Below are positions 29,041-38,188 of a DNA stretch of 64,000 bases, one piece after another (position 1 is the first letter of the stretch; the number at the start of each line of letters is the position of its first letter). The notes below the pieces were generated by a model that made no database searches, had not been told where the DNA came from, and saw nothing but the letters and a program-made list of their open reading frames with translations. The DNA comes from a virus (lineage: Duplodnaviria; Caudoviricetes), in the IMG/VR virus record IMGVR_UViG_3300009183_000045; one strand, 5' to 3'. Made by a program: the position numbers and the translations under genes.

Positions 29041-30522
29041 TTACATTTGCAAATAATCTGGTATAGGATCTGCTAAAGAAGCAAGGGCTCCTATATGTTT
29101 CTGATCTGCTACTAAATTATTTGCATTTATAAGCCCAACGCCCAAGGCATTGGCTATATATTCTTTTCTGTCCGGATAGTATCTTTTGAACATAAAATTC
29201 ATGTCCACAGTTTCTATTCTACCCGGCTTTCCAGGAGGAAATGCAGGACTGACTAATATTTTTTTTCCTGGAAACATAGGATCTTCCTTATAAACTGCGG
29301 GACGAGCTGGTGGTGCTGGAGCATCGGGGTCATCCCTGTCAGGATAACCATAAGGGTTATAGGCACTACCCGATTCTTTCTCTTCTTTATACCCGCCTAA
29401 ATAACTGTACACAAAATACATTATTATTCTTCTATTGCCATTGCCGTTATGATCCTCCGGATCGGGTTCTATTATATATTGTCCTATAACATTATCTTCA
29501 GGAAAATCTGGAGGATGGGGGCGATATTTTTGAACCTCATTTTCGCCTACTAAGATAACTTCCATAGCAGGATCTTTTTCAATAATTTCTTGTGTTAATT
29601 TTATAAAAAACATTCCCGGCCCCTTTAAATAAATGGGTTGAGCAGTCCAGGGCAAAGCTACTTTAGTGGGGTTGGTGCTTAAGGTTCTAGGAGCAATGTC
29701 TAGAAAATTAACATGTAAATATTTTAAAAAGGCGTCTGCGTGGTCTGTAAAAGCTTTGTCTTTAGCGGCTGTAAACATTTTCTTCAACTCTTGAACAGTT
29801 GGTGGTTTGGTAATAGTTCCGGGCAATCTAGAATAATCTATAACCCCGTTTACATCAAATGAAAGAGCAGAATCCATCTGAGATGTAGGAATTGGATTTC
29901 CATCAGCATCACATATTACACCCCTTTCATTAACATATGTAGCAAGAGGAGTAATAGATTTTACAAAATTTGTAATTAAAGGAATGCCTTTTTGAAACAT
30001 GGTTTGCATTGCAGCGCCCAAGGACCATCTAGGATCACCCATTAAAGCATATGGGTTTAAATCTGGCATGAAACTTTTAGGATTCATTTCATGACTCAAA
30101 CCTGTAATATTTGAAGTTTCAAAGGTTTCATCCTTTGCCAACTGTCTGCCTAATTGAGCAATTAAAGGGCCCCTGTCTTTAATAAGAGTGGGGTTGTCTG
30201 GATCTGATCCCATAGGACTTGCCAGCCCAGCTGGAAAATTCGGATCTGGATATACCGCTGTTATTTCTGTAGCATGAACTACACCCATGTTGTGAGCGGA
30301 TTGTAGCGCTGAATTCTTATATTCTTCTTCTGTAGAAAGAGGACTTATAAGGGGTGTGCCATCTAAATGTGTGTTTAATACGCCTGGATAATATTCCTGA
30401 TCAGCTCCGGTATCGTGTTGAGTAAAATTTTCTACAGGACTTTCTTCGGCTACATAATTTGAAACAGTTTGTTTTTGCCCATAGGGCATGTCTACTACTG
30501 TTGTAGATACTAATTTAATCAT
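29041..30522 (-). CDS. hypothetical Pro-rich protein
   Basis: 493-aa intact ORF, convergent with the spike gene. Confidence 0.7.
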   Translation of the reverse strand: MIKLVSTTVVDMPYGQKQTVSNYVAEESPVENFTQHDTGADQEYYPGVLNTHLDGTPLISPLSTEEEYKNSALQSAHNMGVVHATEITAVYPDPNFPAGLASPMGSDPDNPTLIKDRGPLIAQLGRQLAKDETFETSNITGLSHEMNPKSFMPDLNPYALMGDPRWSLGAAMQTMFQKGIPLITNFVKSITPLATYVNERGVICDADGNPIPTSQMDSALSFDVNGVIDYSRLPGTITKPPTVQELKKMFTAAKDKAFTDHADAFLKYLHVNFLDIAPRTLSTNPTKVALPWTAQPIYLKGPGMFFIKLTQEIIEKDPAMEVILVGENEVQKYRPHPPDFPEDNVIGQYIIEPDPEDHNGNGNRRIIMYFVYSYLGGYKEEKESGSAYNPYGYPDRDDPDAPAPPARPAVYKEDPMFPGKKILVSPAFPPGKPGRIETVDMNFMFKRYYPDRKEYIANALGVGLINANNLVADQKHIGALASLADPIPDYLQM

Positions 30523-30527
30523 AAAAT

Positions 30528-31016
30528 TTAGTCCTCATCATCTTCGTCTTCATCTTCCTCATCAAATTCTCTATCTTCTAGGTCTAAAAAATTAGTTTGC
30601 TGTTGTTGAACAAATATTGTTTTTAAAAATTCTACAATGGCATCTCGATCTCGTGCATTGGTTGCATGTTGGACAATAATTCTTTCTCCTTTAGTATCAT
30701 ATCCAAATAATATATAACTATCTAGGTATTCTGTTATTACGGATTTTAAAAGTAAATAATCTCTTTCTTCTATGTTATTTTCTGAATGATTTTCTTTTAC
30801 CCAAGTATCTAAAGACTTTTGGAGTTCAGCATCATTGATGGAATTAAATATGTTATTTCTAACCTCTTCAAGAACTGCAGCAGTTGCTGTAGCGTCCATG
30901 CCAGATAAAGAAGGTACTGCTACTGAAATGTGCAGCCTGTTCTTTTCTGGTTTGGCTGTCTGGTCTTGAGAACCTTTCGAATTAACTTTAGGAGTTGGTT
31001 TCTTGCGAGGTGCCAT
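30528..31016 (-). CDS. hypothetical protein
   Basis: Probable start MAPRKK at 31016; acidic C-terminal tail. Confidence 0.65.
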   Translation of the reverse strand: MAPRKKPTPKVNSKGSQDQTAKPEKNRLHISVAVPSLSGMDATATAAVLEEVRNNIFNSINDAELQKSLDTWVKENHSENNIEERDYLLLKSVITEYLDSYILFGYDTKGERIIVQHATNARDRDAIVEFLKTIFVQQQQTNFLDLEDREFDEEDEDEDDED

Positions 31017-31326
31017 ATGTAGAAGACTTATTGTTGATACCAAATTTAACAAGGTATTCAATAATTACCTCAATAGAACTAGTTTTGATTTTGAACCTCT
31101 CTGGTATAAATTGACCTCCGTCATATATTTCAAAATATTCATCATCTATTTCTCTGTGATTGTTATAACATGTTACAAATACAGAAGCAATTCCTGGATC
31201 TATAATGACTGTCCAGGTTCTTGGGTCTATTTGAGAATAATCTGTAAATAATTTATCAGTTATATATCCACTGTCTCTTAGACGTTTAATAAAGTAGCTA
31301 ACAGTTGTAATTTTATTTTTAGACAT
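30988..31326 (-). CDS. hypothetical protein
   Basis: 112-aa ORF coupled to the clamp gene. Confidence 0.7.
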   Translation of the reverse strand: MSKNKITTVSYFIKRLRDSGYITDKLFTDYSQIDPRTWTVIIDPGIASVFVTCYNNHREIDDEYFEIYDGGQFIPERFKIKTSSIEVIIEYLVKFGINNKSSTYGTSQETNS

Positions 31327-31334
31327 AATTGATT

Positions 31335-32087
31335 TTATTTTACCAAAGCTGATATAATGTATTTTAACTCTACATTTTCTTCTTCTGTATTTTGAAAGAT
31401 AAAAACTTTATATTGAGAATTAAGTCTCACTCGAATATCTGATCTACAATGTGCTAGATTTTTGAACACTTCCATGCTCAAAGGAATAGCTTCTTCTATG
31501 GGCTCCCCTATAAACGTGGGTGTCACAATCAAATTAATGTGGTCCACGTTTTGTAGGGTTTTATCATTTATTTCTGCTACTACATTATTTTCTCGGGTTG
31601 AGAAATAAATTTTAGTAAGATCAGAGGCAAATGCATATCCTGCCATTAGCTGTTTAATTTTATTTGTGCTAATTACAAATTCTGTATCAAATTTGAGTGA
31701 TGCTATTTTATTAATGTTCACAGGAGCTTCTTTAACCACACTATCATCAACGAGATGATATTTAAAGAAAGTTTTTTCCTGTGTCTCGTGGTCAATATTT
31801 TGACACTTAATAAAATTAACATCACTCTCTATTGAAAATTCACCATTATCTCCTAAACATTCCAATCCTGAAAGTAACTTTTTAATGCTAATCAAATTTA
31901 ATCTAACTGGTGAACACATACTAGATGGTAATTTGGCTTTAGCATATAGAATTACGGTACTGTCTAATGAAGAACAAATAGTGTATAAAGATTCTTCATT
32001 AGCATTTAAAACACAGCTTTCCGTCAATCGGTTTACTGGTTTAAGTAATTTCTCTAGATAACTTTTAGGAAGAGGAATAAATGCCAT
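31335..32087 (-). CDS. gp45: sliding clamp
   Basis: 250 aa; LN...LKKL...L, FKY.L.D.SVV, F.I......LM...A pattern and replication context. Confidence 0.75.
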   Translation of the reverse strand: MAFIPLPKSYLEKLLKPVNRLTESCVLNANEESLYTICSSLDSTVILYAKAKLPSSMCSPVRLNLISIKKLLSGLECLGDNGEFSIESDVNFIKCQNIDHETQEKTFFKYHLVDDSVVKEAPVNINKIASLKFDTEFVISTNKIKQLMAGYAFASDLTKIYFSTRENNVVAEINDKTLQNVDHINLIVTPTFIGEPIEEAIPLSMEVFKNLAHCRSDIRVRLNSQYKVFIFQNTEEENVELKYIISALVK

Positions 32088-32584
32088 TATTTGGAGTTGT
32101 TAGTTTTTTCTTTATCCATAATAAAATTGAAGACTTTACCCATCATGCCTGCAATTTTACTGAATGTACCGTCTATTTTCAATAAAGTGGCTTTAATAGA
32201 TTTAATATCTTCTAAAAGTTCTGCTGTATTGACATTTGCTACTGGAATAACCGGGTCACGGGTGGTGACAAAAGGAAGTGGAGTAAACGTGCCACTTCCG
32301 CTGGGGGGACCCGTTATAACCGGAGAATTTTCAATTATATTAATGGACACATCAGGTGCCATTGACTGAACTAATGCCTCAGGAACATATCCTCTATTAG
32401 CTGGATCAAAGGGATTAGCCACAGGTGCTGGTCCACCTTTCAAGGGAGCCAAGAAATTGTTGATATCAATTCGATTAGCTGCCTGAGATCTATCAGATGT
32501 AATACTATCTACATGTTTAAGATGACCGCCGACCATGCCGGCTAGCATGGCGGCGTCTCTATCAAACTCTTTTTCAGATATCAT
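32087..32584 (-). CDS. hypothetical protein
   Basis: 165 aa with a C-terminal coiled coil; stop overlaps the clamp start. Confidence 0.7.
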   Translation of the reverse strand: MISEKEFDRDAAMLAGMVGGHLKHVDSITSDRSQAANRIDINNFLAPLKGGPAPVANPFDPANRGYVPEALVQSMAPDVSINIIENSPVITGPPSGSGTFTPLPFVTTRDPVIPVANVNTAELLEDIKSIKATLLKIDGTFSKIAGMMGKVFNFIMDKEKTNNSK

Positions 32585-32587
32585 AAA

Positions 32588-33436
32588 TTACTTTAAATCC
32601 CTGCCTGCGTTAATAACAGAAACCGCGATGCTAGAATGAATACTCTCATAATGATTGACAATTACGAGGTAATCCTTGATACGACCATCAAGATCTTTAT
32701 CCAATTCAACTGCAACTTTACGAACCATGTCTTCAACAAACACCGGATTTTCATACATTAATTCAGTTTGATAGGCTTCATCAACTCTCTTAAGAGCATT
32801 TACAATAGGAGCAGAAGAACTCTTTTCAACTGCAAGAATCAATTCTTCCAGCCAATAAATATTATCCTGATTAGCTGTGCCAACATTAGCCAATTCTACA
32901 GTCACATCTGCATAAGACTGCTGATTATGTGCACCATAATCAGAAATTTCCTTAGAACAAGGACACAGGGAAGCGTAAAGAACATTTCCGTGGAGATAAA
33001 ATTTCTTTTCCCCATTAATCAGGCGACCTTCAAGTGATCCTTGATAATCCATATGAGAAACCACCTTGGAAACTGGTGCTTCTTTCTTCAAGAAATAATC
33101 AAATTTGATTTTAATGTAAGCATTTTCACTCTTCAGGCGAAGCTTACATTCATCCAGCAGGATATTCATCACTTCATCAATGCGATGAGTTTGATTGGCC
33201 AATACTTCTTCTACCAAAATACGGTAGCGACTCATATTTGTGCCTTTAACCTCTGGAGTGAGGTCTGTATACATGCTGATAATTGCTTTGGTGGGATTAA
33301 TGGTTCCATCTCGGCGAAGAATCTGCATAGGGACTACAATATTGCGAGATCCAACCTTTGGAATATATTTCTTAGGAAATCCGTCGACGGTGTTTTGGAT
33401 GTCTGGAATGTCGTTATTTGTTTTGATACGTGGCAT
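32588..33436 (-). CDS. folE2: GTP cyclohydrolase IB (FolE2/MptA family)
   Basis: IPDIQN, I.KVG, KGTNMSR, F.YF.KK.APVS, SLCPCSKEISDYGAHNQ, KRVDE...TE..YENP.FVED.VR and ESIH. True start MPRIK at 33436; the track's 33661 start overlaps gp32. Confidence 0.93.
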   Translation of the reverse strand: MPRIKTNNDIPDIQNTVDGFPKKYIPKVGSRNIVVPMQILRRDGTINPTKAIISMYTDLTPEVKGTNMSRYRILVEEVLANQTHRIDEVMNILLDECKLRLKSENAYIKIKFDYFLKKEAPVSKVVSHMDYQGSLEGRLINGEKKFYLHGNVLYASLCPCSKEISDYGAHNQQSYADVTVELANVGTANQDNIYWLEELILAVEKSSSAPIVNALKRVDEAYQTELMYENPVFVEDMVRKVAVELDKDLDGRIKDYLVIVNHYESIHSSIAVSVINAGRDLK

Positions 33437-33460
33437 AATGTTGTTTTGTTTGTTGTTATT

Positions 33461-33466
33461 ATTATA
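33461..33466 (-). promoter_or_regulatory. -10 element TATAAT upstream of folE2, followed by an AAC-rich leader
   Basis: Perfect TATAAT then AATAACAACAAACAAAACAACATT-ATG; no convincing -35. Confidence 0.45.
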
Positions 33467-33494
33467 GTGGGTTGAGATTTTTTTTCTCCAAGAA

Positions 33495-34376
33495 TTAAAG
33501 GTCTTTGAGAATGTCTTTAATGCGGCTATCGACAGGAATTTCATCTTCATCTTCTGTAGAACGAGCGGGTTTTTCTGTAACTGATTGTGTCTTACTGGGT
33601 GTATAAGAAGGTGTATAAGAAGGTTCATCTTCCTCTGGTACTTCTGGAGTCTTTGTAGCAACTACTGCTTCTGTTTGTCCAAGAAAATGAATATTCAAAG
33701 CTTTTGAAACTTCTTCATAGCTCTTGTGTTCAAAAATGGTGTCCAAAGACTTAACAGAATTGTAAATTACATCTGTATCTGGATCTCCCTCAAGAGCTGA
33801 CGGACCAGTAAATTTAGAGGCAACATATGTAGGATAACCCCCTTCGTTGGTTTCTACCTTAATACGAAGATTGCATCCCTTTTCTGATAGATCAAAAATC
33901 TTTGCTCCCAAATCTTCTGCGTCATCTCCTGAAATTGCTGACGTAATAATCTTGTCCAGCTGTTTGCCGAATCGAAGAATCTTTACCTGACCCTGATTTT
34001 CGGGATTGGTTGGATCCTTGATGACGTATACATTGGCTAACCAGTTTTCATTGCGCTTGATGGGCTTAATGCGTTCAATTTCATTCTTGTCCTGGGTGCG
34101 ATAAATCTTGGAACGACATTCATCAATGGCACAGCGCTCTCCGTAAGTGGAAGGACATAGGCAAGATACCAATTCATTGGTAATAACACTATTCCACAAG
34201 TGGTGGTAATAGTGGAACATGGTGCGCTCGGGATTGGCTAGATTTGGAATAAGACGAACTAGATAAGTCTTACCAATTTCCAATTTCATAAAATCTTTAA
34301 AACTTCCTCCCTCTCCTGAGGATTTTTTAGTAAGGGCTTCTTTGATGGATTCGAATAGGTTGGCTGTGTATTTCAT
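33495..34376 (-). CDS. gp32: single-stranded DNA binding protein
   Basis: VRLIP, HYYHH.W, CLCPSTYGERCAIDE, W.ANVYVIKDPTNPENQGQVKILRFGKQL, IFD...GCNLRIKV, Y..SKF and an acidic tail. Confidence 0.9.
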   Translation of the reverse strand: MKYTANLFESIKEALTKKSSGEGGSFKDFMKLEIGKTYLVRLIPNLANPERTMFHYYHHLWNSVITNELVSCLCPSTYGERCAIDECRSKIYRTQDKNEIERIKPIKRNENWLANVYVIKDPTNPENQGQVKILRFGKQLDKIITSAISGDDAEDLGAKIFDLSEKGCNLRIKVETNEGGYPTYVASKFTGPSALEGDPDTDVIYNSVKSLDTIFEHKSYEEVSKALNIHFLGQTEAVVATKTPEVPEEDEPSYTPSYTPSKTQSVTEKPARSTEDEDEIPVDSRIKDILKDL

Positions 34377-34379
34377 AGG

Positions 34380-35069
34380 TTAGTTTGTGTTTGTATGGTT
34401 TGTATTAGTGATAATAATAGGTTGTTTGGAGGGGAGTTTCAACATTTCTTTTAAAAAAAGCTGAATTTTTTTAGTTCCTTCTTTGACCAAAGTTTTGGTC
34501 TTGAAAGAAAGGTGGTAGCGGTTACGAAACGCGAAAAAATGATCTACTAAATTAGAATCCCACACAACATTTTCAGTGTGTTCGTGTAGTCTTGAAAATT
34601 CTAAAAGTTCCATCAAGCAATAAGGATTTATTTGATGGGTTCTGTAATGTTCTAACCAAGCCGGTCCGTTTCCGTCTTTAAAAGAAATATAAGAATCTAA
34701 TTCAATTCGGTTTTTCAAACAAAAATGGGTTATAAATTCTAATCCTGCTTTAATTGCGTCAATCTGTTTTTCTGGTGATTGATTTATTCGTTGTTTTAAA
34801 ACTAAGGAATAATTTTTAATAGCTGCTCTGCCTATAAAAAATTTCAAAGGAGGAGTTTCTTCATCAGGATGTAATTCTTTCGCGGCTCCAAAAAAATCTT
34901 CTAATTTAATATAATTAAATTTTAGGAAAAATTGAGACAATTTTTGGAGATAAAGAACCGTAGAACTAGAAATATCTGAAAAATCTTTGCGAGGTTTCCA
35001 AGGACCACCGTTACGAAAATGTTTGAGGTGGCAATTATAGATTTGTTGTTCTAGAGAGGTAAGGTTCAA
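34380..35069 (-). CDS. hypothetical protein, possibly helicase-loader (gp59-like)
   Basis: Position between the helicase region and gp32; IYN.HL..., L.KL..FF pattern. Family assignment is weak. Confidence 0.4.
   Translation of the reverse strand: MNLTSLEQQIYNCHLKHFRNGGPWKPRKDFSDISSSTVLYLQKLSQFFLKFNYIKLEDFFGAAKELHPDEETPPLKFFIGRAAIKNYSLVLKQRINQSPEKQIDAIKAGLEFITHFCLKNRIELDSYISFKDGNGPAWLEHYRTHQINPYCLMELLEFSRLHEHTENVVWDSNLVDHFFAFRNRYHLSFKTKTLVKEGTKKIQLFLKEMLKLPSKQPIIITNTNHTNTN
34414..34442 (-). promoter_or_regulatory. sigma70-type promoter TTGAAA-N17-TATTAT upstream of gp32
   Basis: -35 at 34442-34437 and -10 at 34419-34414, followed by an AC-rich leader to the ATG at 34376. Confidence 0.6.
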
Positions 35070-35374
35070 GGTTCTGATTTAGTTTGTTGTTTTTGCTTAA
35101 ATCTAAAAATTTTCTTGTATATATTGGGTGTCAGACTTAGGTATGTTTTGATTATAGTCTGTAAATTGTGATCTCCAAGCAATTCAAAATATATTTTTTG
35201 AGTCTTTTTGTCCTCTATTAATATTTTTAGAAAATTTAAGAAATTTAATTTTTTGCCTCTTGCTATACAAACAAAGGACCCAAATTTTAAAGTTATGTTT
35301 TCAAATTCCGTCAAATCTGACATCTCAGACGGATTCATCAAATCTTCTATTTGTTGAGAGGATGTTATAATCAT
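35066..35374 (-). CDS. hypothetical protein
   Basis: 102-aa ORF with an overlap-coupled stop. Confidence 0.65.
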   Translation of the reverse strand: MIITSSQQIEDLMNPSEMSDLTEFENITLKFGSFVCIARGKKLNFLNFLKILIEDKKTQKIYFELLGDHNLQTIIKTYLSLTPNIYKKIFRFKQKQQTKSEP

Positions 35375-35377
35375 TGA

Positions 35378-36274
35378 TTATCTATTTACAGGCTGTAGGT
35401 TTTTTGTAACCTCCATGAAGAGAGGAGTTATTATACCACCTCCAGCATGAAGATGGCCACCCCCTTCACATATTTTTTCAGCAAAGACTCCTACATTTAT
35501 AGGATCTTCTTTGGTGTATTGTCTAATGCTGACTTTTTCGGTTTTGCTATTGATAAAAAAGAACACATCTGGTCGATGTCTTTGCATAAGAATATCATTA
35601 GAGACACTAGAAAAGTTTTCGGCCATAATTGCTAAAGTTTTTTTCTTTTTGGTTCCAAAATTAATATATCCCTCAAATAAAGGCAATTTGTTAGCAATTT
35701 CTTCTCCTTCTTTTTTGATAAAATTAATGGCTCTTTTTTGTCCATTACTAAATCCTCGAAAACCATTGAAATAATCTTTGATAAATTTTGTAAAATTGTT
35801 TCTATATTCTGACCAAAATAATATATTTAAATCATAAGATTCGGGAATTTCAAGACGATAACAATCATAATCATCAGCTAATGCTATAAGCATCTTTTGA
35901 TCATTTGTTCTTGTTGGAAATTTATCTCCTTTAAATATCTGGGCCATAAGGAGAGCATTGGATGAAATATTTTTGTGTATAATTTTTGCCTTTAAAAATC
36001 TTGGTATAAAATCTATAGAAGTATCGTGATGATCTATAAATGTTATATAGCTCTTATCTAATTCAGGAAGAAATTCTTCACGAAGAGATAAATCCAACAC
36101 AAATGTTTGACAGGGTTTATTAACTTTTTCTAAAGATTTTTTAATATGATCTATCTGTAAATTATTTACACTGTCGTATGTAATGGTGTCTTCTGGTAAA
36201 GCCCACAGTAATGTCAGTAAACTTACAGCTCCGTCAAGATCATTGTGGGTATATGCGTGATAACAATTAGACAT
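35378..36274 (-). CDS. DHH/DHHA1 phosphoesterase
   Basis: THNDLDG, VLDLS, FIDHH, ADDYD and GGGHLHAGG. Confidence 0.9.
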   Translation of the reverse strand: MSNCYHAYTHNDLDGAVSLLTLLWALPEDTITYDSVNNLQIDHIKKSLEKVNKPCQTFVLDLSLREEFLPELDKSYITFIDHHDTSIDFIPRFLKAKIIHKNISSNALLMAQIFKGDKFPTRTNDQKMLIALADDYDCYRLEIPESYDLNILFWSEYRNNFTKFIKDYFNGFRGFSNGQKRAINFIKKEGEEIANKLPLFEGYINFGTKKKKTLAIMAENFSSVSNDILMQRHRPDVFFFINSKTEKVSIRQYTKEDPINVGVFAEKICEGGGHLHAGGGIITPLFMEVTKNLQPVNR

Positions 36275-36303
36275 AAAAATAATTAAGGAATACTATATTA
36301 TAA

Positions 36304-37686
36304 TCACTCTTCATCCAAAGATTCAATTATTCTTATAGTGTCTGATACACTATTAATGTTGCTAGAAGAACCAGGCAAATTCTTTTTAGGAACTGTAAAG
36401 GATTTAGACACATCATCCGGATCCTTTAACGATAAAGTTGGATAGTCTATTTCTAATATGGTGTGACACTCTCGAGGGCCAAATCGATTCTTGGTGATGC
36501 CTAAATGAATAATTCCTAATTCAAAATCTTCTTCTTCTGTCCAGATAGGAAACTGACAATCAGCGGTGTGGGATAGACCCATGGATTCACTAGTGGTCTC
36601 AAGACCTGGATTAGATTCATTATAAGCTGATCTATTTGTCTGGGTTGCTGTGATGAGGGGGCAGCTAAAATAATAAGTTAGAGCCCTAATTTGTTCTGTG
36701 ATCTGCTTAATAGATTCATAGGAATTCATCCCCTTTTCTGGCGGTGCTAATAGATTAAGATAGTCCAAAACTATGATATCCGGCTTAATTCCCTTCCTCA
36801 CCAACCGATCAATGTAGGATTTAATTTGAAGAGGAGTGACTGATTTAGGAGGAAATTCTTTAATAATTAATTTAGACATCTTGTGTTGAATTTTATACTT
36901 TTCAACACTTTGTTTGAGAGGACCTATCTGCATGGACAGATCATTCATTGCTATTTTAGATAACTGAGAACTAATGCGCTTGGCGTATACCTGCTCAGAC
37001 ATTTCCAAAGAAATTAATAAAACAGTTTTATCTTGATCTAAAATATTTGTGGCTATATTTCCGAGAAAAATTGATTTACCCACATTAGTAACTCCATAAA
37101 ATACATACAAGGCCCTTCCGGCCGACATGAAGCCCCCACCAATTCTTTCATCCAACCATTTCCATCCTGAGGGAATTACTTTAAACACCTTCTGGAGGTC
37201 CTTACAGTGCTCATCTATGTCTTCTAGATAATCAAAGCCGTAATTTTCTACAAGGTTTATGTTACACGCTTCATCAAAGTCTTGTAATATTTTGGTGGTG
37301 TTTATTTCTCCGGACTGAACATCTATAGAAGTTTTCAATACTGTACTATAAACTGCCTTTTCTCTGAAAAACCTCTCAGAATTCTTCAACAATACATCCT
37401 TATCATAGGATTTATCTATAACCTCAAATCCCAAAGCTACCTGCTTCAAAGAATTGCGTTTTTCATTATCCACCATGTGGACCTTTAATTCAGTAATGTT
37501 GGGTATTTTGTGATAATTTGAGTAATATTCTGCCAAGGATTCAAAAACTGATCTAATGTTTTTGTCCTCAAAATAACTAGGTTTGGCATGTTCAATAATA
37601 CTTTCCAGGTAAACTGGATCCATCAAAGCGTTGTATATAATGAGCTTCTCAAATAGAGCAAGATCAATCGGCAAAGAAGACTTCAT
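36304..37686 (-). CDS. gp41: replicative helicase
   Basis: GVTNVGKS, ISLEMSE, IIKEFP, IVLDYLNLL, TATQTNR, SESMG and TKNRFG. Confidence 0.95.
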   Translation of the reverse strand: MKSSLPIDLALFEKLIIYNALMDPVYLESIIEHAKPSYFEDKNIRSVFESLAEYYSNYHKIPNITELKVHMVDNEKRNSLKQVALGFEVIDKSYDKDVLLKNSERFFREKAVYSTVLKTSIDVQSGEINTTKILQDFDEACNINLVENYGFDYLEDIDEHCKDLQKVFKVIPSGWKWLDERIGGGFMSAGRALYVFYGVTNVGKSIFLGNIATNILDQDKTVLLISLEMSEQVYAKRISSQLSKIAMNDLSMQIGPLKQSVEKYKIQHKMSKLIIKEFPPKSVTPLQIKSYIDRLVRKGIKPDIIVLDYLNLLAPPEKGMNSYESIKQITEQIRALTYYFSCPLITATQTNRSAYNESNPGLETTSESMGLSHTADCQFPIWTEEEDFELGIIHLGITKNRFGPRECHTILEIDYPTLSLKDPDDVSKSFTVPKKNLPGSSSNINSVSDTIRIIESLDEE

Positions 37687-37731
37687 ATAAAAAGTATAAA
37701 GGCTATTGACGGGAAGATCAATAGCCTTTAT
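37687..37731 (-). promoter_or_regulatory. promoter TTGATC-N17-TATACT-N6-ATG embedded in a perfect 14-bp inverted repeat
   Basis: Arms 37696-37709 and 37718-37731; -35 at 37721-37716; -10 at 37698-37693; ATG at 37686. Confidence 0.65.
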
Positions 37732-37751
37732 TCTTAATCTAAGAGGGAATC

Positions 37752-38183
37752 TTATTGGAAGGTTGCGGAGTTATCTGCATGCTCCCAAACCTCAACTTTG
37801 AACACTCTACATCGAGTTCCATACTTTTGTTTAATGATATTATCTGCTGCGTTAAAACACCATTCTGCTGTCTTTTCAATTCCTACTCCATCCATAATTC
37901 GAAGATCACATCCTTTTAAAATATGCAATTCTTCAAAATATCTTAACAACGGATCATCAGCTGCTACACAAAGAGTGTGGTCAAATTGATCCTGTAAAAC
38001 CTTTTTAAGATCTTTGAGATCTCCAAAATCTACACACCAATTTTTATCATCTAATTCTTTGCATTCAAACCAAAATTTGGCTTTAAGTTGGTAGCCGTGA
38101 ACGTATTGACAATGGGAGTGTTGTGCTCTCCATTGACGAAAAGCACAGCTACCCAATTCAATAATTTTTGTAGATTCAAACAT
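37752..38183 (-). CDS. queD: 6-carboxy-tetrahydropterin synthase
   Basis: AFRQWRA..SHCQYVHGY, W.VDFG, FDHT...A.DDP, G.E..AE and VEVWEH..NSA. Confidence 0.9.
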   Translation of the reverse strand: MFESTKIIELGSCAFRQWRAQHSHCQYVHGYQLKAKFWFECKELDDKNWCVDFGDLKDLKKVLQDQFDHTLCVAADDPLLRYFEELHILKGCDLRIMDGVGIEKTAEWCFNAADNIIKQKYGTRCRVFKVEVWEHADNSATFQ

Positions 38184-38188
38184 ATTGT

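Noticed and set aside
33437-33661. 75-aa N-terminal extension of FolE2 in the ORF track
   Set aside because: It overlaps the gp32 3' end in another frame and runs through the AAC leader; the ATG at 33436 fits the family start.
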